Shown here: positions 20,464-29,947 of the stretch, one piece after another
How the letters are laid out: each line of letters starts with the position of its first letter
How positions within the stretch are numbered: position 1 is the stretch's first letter
From: Opitutales bacterium
GTDB taxonomy: Bacteria; Verrucomicrobiota; Verrucomicrobiia; Opitutales; UBA2987
Length of the DNA stretch: 64,000 nt
Assembly: GCA_965226885.1 (NCBI GenBank)
Contig: CBDDEL010000016.1
Span: 64,001 to 128,000 of the forward strand
Reading direction: 5' to 3'
Notes under the pieces: model-generated
Database searches by the model: none
Told to the model about the DNA's origin: nothing
Seen by the model: only the letters and a program-made list of their open reading frames with translations
Program-made: the position numbers and the translations under genes

Positions 20464-22244
20464 GAGGCTGTCCCAAAAGGGTGATTTTTGCGAGGGCTTT
20501 TGATAGGCGCTCATTTTAGAGGTATTTGCATTTGGGAGAGTATCAACTTTGCTCTCCTATGACGTTAGGATACTGGTTTTGGGGTCCGGTTGCCTGGTTT
20601 TCTTTGTATGAGCCGACAGTAAGGCTGTGAAAAAGTATTGTCCTTGCTTTTCCGCTCTCTAGGCCGCCGCTTTGGTTTTTAGTTCGTCTTGCTGGGCCAG
20701 CATCTTGGCTACTTTCCATAGGTTGTGCGAGAGTACCGACCAGGCTACGCTGATCGAGCGGTTGGCAAAGCCTTTGCTGCGCAACCGCCTGGCCCGGCGC
20801 TTTTGCAATTGCCTGAACAGTGGTTCCTCCATCCGTTTTTTCAACTGCTTCGGATCGCGTGGACAGAGCGCGTCGTAGATTCCCTCCTGGGCTAACTGCC
20901 GGCGGGCCCGCTGGGAGGCAAATCCCCGGTCCGCGCACATGGCCGCTATGGGTTCTTCCAGGTTGAAGCGGTTCTGTCTTTGCAAACTCTCTAGCATTTG
21001 TTCATTTTCGCTTGGAGTTCGGCTGCCGTAGAGTTTCCAGTCCAGCAGGTACCCTTCAACGCTTTCTCCCAAAAACAGGGTGTTGCCGAACTCGACCTCT
21101 TGGCCCGCTTTACCTCGCACAATCACCTGCCCATCGAGTTCGTAAACACTCAAGACTTTCTCTGCGTTTTTCACCTGCCGGCCGCCAATGATCCGCTCGT
21201 GCGCCTGTTTGATGACCACCGGGATTTGCTCGCTCATGCGCTCCATCCGGGCGAGGATCTGTTGGACCTGTTTTTCGCTGTAATCGCTTTGCTCCCAGCA
21301 GGCTTGCAATAATTCCCGGTGACTGCGGGCATGCTCCCCGATCCGTTTGAGCAGCTTTTTCATCTGCCTCAAGATACCCTTGCGCTGCCGCGCGCTGTCC
21401 TTTCGCCGCCGGCTGTGGGTCATCTGTATGCACAGCCGATTCATCTGCCGAGCCAAGGGCTCCGGTTCGATCGGCATGCGATGGCGCAAACCGGCCTTCT
21501 CGCGGATCAGCCGGATCGCTTTGAGCAACGTGCCGGCTACATCCTTGAGTAATACCCAGTCCGTCGGCCAATGAATGTTAGCCTCCAAACAGGTGCCGTC
21601 GATCAGGCAAATGGTGGTGTCAATCGGCTTGTCCAATCCCACCTGCCGGGCCAGAAGGGCATCGCCCACCACCTCAGTCAAGGTCCGGTGCAAGGCCCTC
21701 AACTGCTCTTCGCTGAAAAACTTCGAGGCCCGCTCCAGGGTGCTTTTGGAGATGCCCCTGATGCCATCGATCTGCCGGACACGGCAAAAGTCGGCCAACA
21801 GATCGCTGCTGCCCAGAGCCCGCGACAAATGCCGAAACGAAATCCCTCCGAGCAGACGGCCCAGCGTATCCATGCGCAGTGCCTTGATGGCAAAACTGGC
21901 CCGCTGCCGCCGGGCCTTTAGACCCATTGGCGGCCACCCCTCCAAGGCCAGCTCAATGGCCTGCGATTCCACCTCCGAGTCGATCAGCAGCCGATCGATT
22001 CGATCAATGGTGGCGCGGAAGTTATCGTAATCGAGGCACCGGTCGACCACAGTTAAAGCTGGACGCAGGAGGCATTGGATGGCTATATTTTTCATAGAAA
22101 GGGCTATATTGATTTTCGCTAACTCAATTATAGAACCCATAGAACCCTTTTTTGGCCGGATCGAGCAAAAACTTGCTCTTTCCGGCTCTTTTTATCAACG
22201 TCATCCAGTTGACTATAAAATCTTTATATTTTTGGGACAGCCTC
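20464..22244 (-). mobile_element. ISNCY (ISDol1-like) DDE element copy 1, TSD TAAATA; transposase 20659-22095 with a 45-bp deletion
   Basis: IR GAGGCTGTCCCAAAA at both ends; TAAATA at 20458-20463 and 22245-22250; IDGTCLEANI and ADRGF motifs. Family assignment is tentative. Confidence 0.85.
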
Positions 22245-22508
22245 TAAATATTGGTCTGATAAGGATGTGATTAATCCTCTTGCGGATATCCTAAAGAATC
22301 TTTTACCGTAGGACATTTCCACAGGGGCACAGGGGTATTGAAAAGAAGTCAGCGTTCATATTTTCAGTTGAACATAAGAATTGGAAAACTCACGAGGTTC
22401 CCAAGAGGCGATGAAGGTTCAAATTAAACATCCGTGCCTTTACGTGTAATCTGTGGTCGAATTTTTTTGGTTTTATTCCGCCGCAGCCATTGACGTCTTT
22501 ATCTTTCT

Positions 22509-24578
22509 TTAACGACGCTCGCCGCCCTTCCACCGATACTTCTCCACCAGCGCTTGAAATCTCGGATGGTCGCGTAGAGGGTCCATTCTTGGATCCAGTT
22601 TCAGCAGTTCAACCGGTGTGTAATTCGGGACTGCATAGAAAAGCTCAAGCTGTGAGATTGCTTCCTCCGGTTGTCCGACCATTGTGTATATCATTGCGAG
22701 TTCTCGGACGAAACCCGGACCTTCCATGGCATCCTTTGTTACCGGTTGGAGGCGAACTGCCATGATGCCTACCCTCACGGCGTCCTCCTTCCTGTTAAGA
22801 CCTGCGTAGGCGAATCCGAGAGCGCTATGTACGATTGCGTCATTAGGGCTTTTGATGATTTCGCTCTCGAGAATCACTCTGGCCGAATCAAACGCTTTCG
22901 TCGCCCGCTGCATATCGCCGGCAGATTGTGCGGTTATACCGATCAGGACCGATTTTGGCAGAGAAGTAGTCCATAGGGGCGAAAGCGTCTTTTTACCCAT
23001 CCTCGAAAGAAATTCATTTGCGGCTTCGTAGTCGCGATCATGAAATGCAATCCACCAGCGTTCTCGGTTTAAATCGGGATGTTTTTCAATAGCAGACCTG
23101 TAGGGGCCTAAGCGCCCCTCTCGGATAAAACAAATAGATGCTTTAAAGAATACCGCAGCGGAACTCTCGGGAGCGAGCGAAAGGGTCTTATTGACATAGG
23201 ATTCTGATTCATCGATTCGACGCAGAGTAAAGAAAAGCCAAGCCAACCCATCAGTGTGTTGGGGATCATTCGGGTTCAGGATGAAGGCTTTTTCAAGAAG
23301 CGCAATCGCTTCCTCGTGGCGGCCGGATTGCCAATACATCCACGCTTGGTGCTCCAGCAATTCGTCGCTACCCGGCAGCCCCTTTTCCGCTTTGGCAAAC
23401 TCCGTCAGCGCACGCTCGAAATCACTATAGGCGTCATAGTAGTACCAGCCCATCGCGAAATGCCCCTGGGGAAGATCGGGGTCCAGCTCGAGGGCTCGTT
23501 TCGCCCCCGGCAGGACTTTCTCCAAGCGCTCATCGGTTGTCTCATAGTTGTCCCAAATTAGGCTATGTGCCATCGATAGACGGGCATGGGCCAGGGCAAA
23601 GTCGGGATCCAGTTCAACCGCTCGTGAGAAAAAATTCTGCGCGCGCTTTAGATCTTTCTCCAGCCAGCCGGGACGTCCGAAAGACTCCAACCCGCGCAAG
23701 TAGAAATCATAAGCTTGCAGGTTTTCGGTTGGCTTTTTCGCGATTCGCGCGGCTGCCTCCGGTGAAATTTCAGCCTCCAGAGCTGCCGCGATCTCCTGAG
23801 CGATTTCGCTCTGAATCAAAATAATGTTCTCCATCGTCAGCTCACGGGCGAAATTGGCTGTCCACAAATTCTCGTCGGTGTGAACATCTGTCAACTGGGC
23901 AGATACCCGTACGCGGTTACCGAAACGGCGCACCGAGCCTTCCACGATGTGACTGACGCCGAGTTCCTCTGCGACCTCACGCAAGTTTTTGGGATTTTCA
24001 CCATAGATCAATACAGAGGTTCGAGATATGACTTTTAAATTCCCGATCTTAGCTAGATTATTCAGAATCTCCCCGTGCACTCCACTGGCGAAAAAGGCAT
24101 TCTCCTGGTCAGGGCTCAAATTGGCAAAGGGCAGCACCGCCACGCCGAGGGCCAGCGCAGTCTCAGCTGGCGTAACGGCTTCGGCCACCACAGCGCCAAC
24201 GACCTCTTCAGCAGGTGCAGCCTCCGGGGCCGGATCCAGAACGAATCTATCAATCGCAAACAGCCCGATCGCGCCTACCAGCAGCACAATGACCGCAATA
24301 TCGAGTTTCCTCGCCGTATGTGTGGTCACGGAGTCCTCGCTCTGGACATCGGATTCCTTCTTCAGACCTTCAGGGGTCAACTCGTAAACCCAGGAGAACA
24401 CCATCACCGGGATAAAGCCAATGACGAGGATCGCAACGACCGTTTTGCTCCAGAGCGTTGGCAACTCCAACGTGTCCACCAGCACGGCTGCAACCTGGAG
24501 CAGCAACCACGACAACACAAAGTAAGCCACCGCCACCCGAAGGACGTTCCGACGCTTAAGTTCACCCAAGAAACTCAT
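22509..24578 (-). CDS. Membrane-anchored TolB-N-like/TPR protein, paralog 3
   Basis: MSFLGELKRRNVLRVAVAY TM module, GVAVLPFANLS, KVISRTSV, EGSVRR, TPR repeats, LDPRMDPLRDHPRFQAL tail. Confidence 0.88.
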   Translation of the reverse strand: MSFLGELKRRNVLRVAVAYFVLSWLLLQVAAVLVDTLELPTLWSKTVVAILVIGFIPVMVFSWVYELTPEGLKKESDVQSEDSVTTHTARKLDIAVIVLLVGAIGLFAIDRFVLDPAPEAAPAEEVVGAVVAEAVTPAETALALGVAVLPFANLSPDQENAFFASGVHGEILNNLAKIGNLKVISRTSVLIYGENPKNLREVAEELGVSHIVEGSVRRFGNRVRVSAQLTDVHTDENLWTANFARELTMENIILIQSEIAQEIAAALEAEISPEAAARIAKKPTENLQAYDFYLRGLESFGRPGWLEKDLKRAQNFFSRAVELDPDFALAHARLSMAHSLIWDNYETTDERLEKVLPGAKRALELDPDLPQGHFAMGWYYYDAYSDFERALTEFAKAEKGLPGSDELLEHQAWMYWQSGRHEEAIALLEKAFILNPNDPQHTDGLAWLFFTLRRIDESESYVNKTLSLAPESSAAVFFKASICFIREGRLGPYRSAIEKHPDLNRERWWIAFHDRDYEAANEFLSRMGKKTLSPLWTTSLPKSVLIGITAQSAGDMQRATKAFDSARVILESEIIKSPNDAIVHSALGFAYAGLNRKEDAVRVGIMAVRLQPVTKDAMEGPGFVRELAMIYTMVGQPEEAISQLELFYAVPNYTPVELLKLDPRMDPLRDHPRFQALVEKYRWKGGERR

Positions 24579-26655
24579 TTCCGCGCCTTCAGCTGGGCCA
24601 CCCTCGCCTGGTAGCCCTTGGAATCCGCGAAGAAGTGCGAGAAGTCGATTCGGAGGAACAGATCCCATTCCGTGAGGCCGCGGGGCTCACCTATGAGTGG
24701 TTCAAACTCGCGCCAAGCTTCATCGACATCACCGAGGACAGCGAGCGTTAACGCTGCATTCCTACGTGTGTTATTCGCAGTTAATACATCGTCTGTCGTA
24801 GCTGCGTGAGCCAACGCGATCTCACGGTACTCCAGCGCCGCCTCCTGCTCACCCGCCAGTGCTGCTAAGAGGCTGAGAAACCCCACAAAATACAGTCGTT
24901 GCGCCTCATCCCTCGCTTCTAACCTGGCAGAATATGCGCCATAGGCAGCCTTGAATCGAAGATGTGCACCCTCCGTGTCACCCCCCACCAATAGATGGAT
25001 ACCGGCATTAAAATTCACTCTATAGTAGGCCGTCGCATAAGAATGAGCAGCCGGATCTGCCGCTTCGATCCAGGCAACGGCCTCGTTGGTATCAGCAAAA
25101 ACACCACGGTATAGCAACAAGGAGGCCATTGGCCAACTCAACCGATCCGTTGGCGGAACATCGTTCATCACCCGCCTAAAGAGAGTGACATCGCCGGATT
25201 GCCTCGCCACCCGCACCGCGTGGTCGACACGGAAACTGACATCCTCCGGGAATCTTTCAATCGCCTCCGCCGCTGCAGTTATCGCCGCGTCGTAGTCCGC
25301 GCTATCGGAGAGGTGTTTGATCAGCACTCGGTGACTCCGCGGGTTTGCGGGATCGAGCTGGACCAAGCGCCGGACCGCTGTCACCATAGTATCCCAAAGC
25401 TCTAACCGACGCGCCACCTTTGCCAAAAACAGCAGTGCTTGTGTGTCGTTCGGTCTCGCGGCGGTTGCGCGCTCGAATGCGCCCAAAGCAGCCCTACGAT
25501 CAAGCGTGACATAATAATGGTAGATACCGATCGCGAAATTGCTCTCAGGGCTGTCGGGCGCGCGCGCCTGAATCTTCGCGAGAGCAGAGCGCAAACGCTG
25601 CAGGTGCCGCCCGTCAGGATCCGGGGTGAACCAAATCGCCAGACCGCTGATCTCCATCATCATCAGCCAGGCGGCGAGGAAGTCGGGGTCCAGTTCCGTT
25701 GCTCGTAGGAAATGCTCGCTGATGCCGTCGGAGTCGGACAAACTCACACCGATGGGTTCAGCGTTTCGCCGCTCAAGGCCACGCAGGTACTCGTCATAGG
25801 CCTCGATGCTGGTGGTTGGGATCTCGGCCAGGCCCACGGCCTCCTGCGGGGTGAGTTCGGCCTCGACCTGCGCGACCACAGCCTGAGCAATCTCGCTCTG
25901 GATGGCGAAAATGTTCTCCAGCGTGCGTTCATATTTATCGGCCCAGACGTGGTCGTCGGTCGCGGAGTCTATTAACTGCACTGTCACCAGGACGCTCCCG
26001 CCCGCCGCACGCTGCCTTCCAGGACATGTGAGACTCCCAGCTCACGACCGATCTCCGGCAGGCTCAGATCGCTGACCGCGTAACGTATGACCGACGTACG
26101 GGAAATCACCCGCAGATCGGCGACGCGCGACAGGTAGGTCAGCACATCCTCGTGAACACCAGCGGCGAAAAACGCGTTATCAGGGTCGGGGGAGAGGTTA
26201 GTGAAGGGAAGCACCGCGACCCCGAGGGCAAGCGCGGTCTCAACTGGCGAAACGGCTTCGGCCACCTCAGCGCTGACCACCTCTTCAGTATAAACAGGCT
26301 CCGAGCCCCGATCTATCAGAAATCTATCAATCGCAAACAGCCCGATTGCAGCTACCAACAGCACAATGACCGCAATATCGAGCTTCCTCGCCGTTTGTGT
26401 GGTCACGGAGTCTTCGGCTCGGACATTGGATTCCTTTTTCAGGCCTTCAGGCGTGAGCTCGTAAACCCAAGATATAAACAGCGTCGGCACGAGGCCAATT
26501 GCCAACAGGGTGATAAGCATCTTCATAACCCAGCCCGGCGCGCCAAAGGCATCTGCCCCCACTGCCGCGATCTGCGCCAGCACCCAGGCCGCGACAAAGT
26601 AAGCCACCGCCACCCGAATGACGTTCCGACGCTTGAGTTCACCCAAGAAACTCAT
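24575..26655 (-). pseudogene. Membrane-anchored TolB-N-like/TPR protein, paralog 2, frameshifted near 25995
   Basis: ORFs 25984-26655 and 24575-25987 are collinear with paralog 1; GGA-GC-GTC here versus GGA-AAT-CGC-GTC in paralog 1 (4-bp loss). Confidence 0.85.
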
Positions 26656-28739
26656 TTCCGTTCCTCCAGTTGGGCCACCCTCGCCTGGTAGCCCTCGGAA
26701 TCCGCGAAGAAGTAGTGGATGTCGATTCGGAGGATTAGATCCCACTCCGTGGGGCCTCGGGGCTTACCGATGAGTGGTTCCAACTCGCGCCAGGCCTCTT
26801 CGGCCTCACCGAGGACAGCGAGCGTAAACGCTGCTTCCCGACGCAACTCATTCGCCGTCAATACATCGTCTATTGCAGCGGCGTAATCGCGCGCGCGCTG
26901 ACGTTGCTCCTGGGCCGCCTCCTGCTCACCCGCCAGCGCTGCCAAGAGGCTGAGCCGCCCCAACCTAATCAGTTGGTACGCCTCACCCCCCCCTGCGTCT
27001 AACCTAGCAGAATATCGGGCATAGGCAGCCTTGAATCGAAGGCGTGCGCCCTCCGCATTACCCCCAACCAGTAGATGGATACCTGCGGCATAGTTCATAG
27101 TACTGGGGGCCGTTGTATAAGAATGAGAAGCCGGATCTGCAGCTTCGATCCAGTCAACGGCCTGCTCGGTATCAGTAAAAACGCCACGGAACAGCAACCC
27201 GGGTCTGTACCGCCAATACAACCAAACCCATGGCGGTACCTCGTCCCTCACCCGCCTGCAGAGGGTGACATCACCTGTGTGGTGCGCCACGAGTACCGCG
27301 TGGTGGACACGGAATCTGACTTCCTCCGGGAATCTCTGAATCGCCTCCGCCGCGGCAGTTATCGCCGCGCCGTAGTCCGTGCTATCAGCGATGTGGTTAA
27401 TCAGAGGAAAGCGAAGCTTCGGGTTGGCGGGATCGAGCAGGACCGCGCGACGTATCGCTGTCACATTAGTATTCCAATGCTCTAACCGACGCGCGACCCT
27501 TGCCAAAAACAGCAGTGCTTGTGTGTCGTTCGGTCTCGCGGCGGTGGCGCGCTTTAGCGCGGCCAGGGCAGCTTTAAGATTACTCTCAATATAATACTCG
27601 TAGATACCGATCGCTAGATCGCTCTCAGGGCTGTCAGGTGCGAGCGCCTGAATCCTCGCGAGAGCAGAGAGCACACGCCGTAGGTGCAGACCGTCGGGAT
27701 CCGGGGTTAATAAAACCGCACCACCGCTAATCTCCATCATCATCAGCCAAGCGGCGAGAAAGTCCGGGTCCAGTTCCGTGGCTCGAAGGAAATGATTGCT
27801 GATGCCGTCGTAGTCGGCCCATGTATCACCAACGGCTTCAGTGTTTCGCCGCTCAAGGCCACGCAGGTATTCGTCATAAGCCTCGATGCTGGAGGTCGGG
27901 ATCTCGGCCAAGCCCGCTGCCTCCTGCGGGGTGAGTTCGGCCTCGACCCGCGCGACCACAGCCTGAGCGATCTCGGTCTGGATGGCGAAGATGTCCTCCA
28001 GCGTGCGGTCATAGTTCTCAGCCCAGACATGGGCACCGGTCGCGGAATCTATCAGTTGAAAGGTCACACGGACGCGATTTCCCGCGCGCCGCACACTGCC
28101 TCCCATGATATTTGATACACCCAAAACACGACCGATCTCCGGCAGACTCAGATCGCTGTTTGCGTAACGTTCGACCGACGGTCGGGCAATCACCCGCAGG
28201 GCCGCGACGCCCGACAGGTAGGTTAGCAGGTCCTCATGTACACCCGCGGCGAAAAACGCGTTATCAGGGTCGGGGGATAGGTTAGTGAAGGGAAGCACCG
28301 CGACGCCGAGGGCGAGCGCGGCCTCAGCTGGCGAAACGGCTTCGGCCACCTCAGCGCCGACCATTTCTTCAGTTGGTGCAGCCTCCGAACCCCAATCCAA
28401 AAGGAATCTATCAATCGCAAACAGCCCAATCGCGGCTACCAGCAGCACAATGACCGCAATATCGAGCTTCCTCGCCATATGTGTGGTGATGGAGTCTTCG
28501 GCTCGGACATTGGATTCCTTTTTTAGGCCTTCAGGCGTGAGCTCGTAAACCCAGGAAATAAACAGTGTCGGCACGAGGCCAATTGCCAACAGGGTGATAA
28601 GCATCTTCATAACCCAGCCCGGCGCGCCAAAGGCATCTGCCCCCACTGCCGCGATCTGCGCCAGCACCCAGGCCGCGACAAGGTAAGCCACCGCCACCCG
28701 AATGACGTTGCGGCGCTTGAGTTCGGCAAAGAAACTCAT
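26652..28739 (-). CDS. Membrane-anchored TolB-N-like/TPR protein, paralog 1
   Basis: MSFFAELKRRNVIRVAVAY, GVAVLPFTNLSPD, TPRs; GAAGGA RBS before ATG 28739. Confidence 0.88.
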   Translation of the reverse strand: MSFFAELKRRNVIRVAVAYLVAAWVLAQIAAVGADAFGAPGWVMKMLITLLAIGLVPTLFISWVYELTPEGLKKESNVRAEDSITTHMARKLDIAVIVLLVAAIGLFAIDRFLLDWGSEAAPTEEMVGAEVAEAVSPAEAALALGVAVLPFTNLSPDPDNAFFAAGVHEDLLTYLSGVAALRVIARPSVERYANSDLSLPEIGRVLGVSNIMGGSVRRAGNRVRVTFQLIDSATGAHVWAENYDRTLEDIFAIQTEIAQAVVARVEAELTPQEAAGLAEIPTSSIEAYDEYLRGLERRNTEAVGDTWADYDGISNHFLRATELDPDFLAAWLMMMEISGGAVLLTPDPDGLHLRRVLSALARIQALAPDSPESDLAIGIYEYYIESNLKAALAALKRATAARPNDTQALLFLARVARRLEHWNTNVTAIRRAVLLDPANPKLRFPLINHIADSTDYGAAITAAAEAIQRFPEEVRFRVHHAVLVAHHTGDVTLCRRVRDEVPPWVWLYWRYRPGLLFRGVFTDTEQAVDWIEAADPASHSYTTAPSTMNYAAGIHLLVGGNAEGARLRFKAAYARYSARLDAGGGEAYQLIRLGRLSLLAALAGEQEAAQEQRQRARDYAAAIDDVLTANELRREAAFTLAVLGEAEEAWRELEPLIGKPRGPTEWDLILRIDIHYFFADSEGYQARVAQLEERK

Positions 28740-29101
28740 CAGTCCTTCTCTTTCACCGCGAACCTTCCCCAAGAGGATCGCCCAAACATTCCCGGATCAC
28801 TCATAAGAATTCGCTTCACGGGCGGTACGGGCACTTGTCGGCGAGTTCCTCCCTGAAGCACGTTTATATGGGGAAAAAGATGCAGGAACGAGTGCCGGAA
28901 CTCAAGCACGAAGATAACTGCTGTCCAAAATAACTCAAACCGGCAGTAATGACCTGTTTAAAGCAAACATTATGGACCGTTTGGGCCGTTGATCTCGTTG
29001 GGTTAGTTCCCAAGTTTGCTTTCGGCAGTGCAGGTAGTTCTTTGACAGTTGAACGCCAAGGGCTATAAAACTGCCAATTGCCATAATGGATTAAAATTAT
29101 T

Positions 29102-29903
29102 GGTAGTGTATTAAGTAGGAATGGTGGCTAATTCTTGATTATATTGATGAATGAAAAGTCTCAGACAGGTTTCATGCATACTCTTAAGCTTGGAAAAGGA
29201 GAGGGTTTTGCGTGTGAAACGACCCAGTCGTTGGCGCAGGGTATTGTTCCATCGTTCCACATGGGCCGTTTCACCGGTTTCTTTTCCCACGGATCGGTTA
29301 TGAGGAAAGACTTCATCATAAGTGCTCCAAAAGTCGCTGAAGGTGGCACATCTTTTGTAGGCCCGTGGCAGACGCTCGTAAAGTTCCCGGCAACGATACC
29401 AATCCCGAGGCCCAATGGCATAGGAGAGGATTTGACGGGTGCGTCGGCAAAGAGCGATCCAAACCCATTGGGCATCGCTCTTGCGCCCCACAAAAGACCA
29501 CAGTTCGTCCAGTTCAATGACATCATGGCGGCGGGCCGCAAGAATCGTGCTTTTGAGCGGTCGCAGCGATTGTCGTTTTTTTTAACCAACTCAAAACGGT
29601 GTTGGGACTCACCCCGAAGGCGCGCTGTAAACCGCGTAGACTGCTGCGTTCCTGATAGACTCGAAGGATCATTTCTTTTTGCTCTGCGGTGTATTTCACT
29701 GTGGGGTTTTCGCGGCTTTGTTTACCACAATCATGGCAGCGGTAGCGCTGTTTATGGTTGGGCGTCTTGCCAAATTTAATGATATTTTCACTTCCACAGT
29801 GCCGACAATTAATAATTTTAGTAACCATGCACTAAGAATAAACTGCCTAACGCTATTTATACAGCTAAAAATACAAAATAACATTCTTTTTTTATACACT
29901 ACC
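29102..29903 (-). mobile_element. IS1-family element, 802 bp, 8-bp TSD AAATTATT (insA 29523-29828; insB about 29111-29580)
   Basis: GGTAGTGTA IRs; InsA zinc ribbon CRHC...QRYRCHDC; InsB ELDELWSFVG, SDFW, ERWNNTLRQRLGRF; TSD at 29094-29101 and 29904-29911. Confidence 0.93.
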
Positions 29904-29947
29904 AAATTATTGATGTGATTTAAAGTGACCGGACTGGATTGATTCCG

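Noticed and set aside
22390..22460. Degenerate CACGAGG...CCGTG...CGTG...TGTGG repeats as a REP-like element
   Set aside because: Single, highly degenerate occurrence in the window; it cannot be supported without genome-wide copies.
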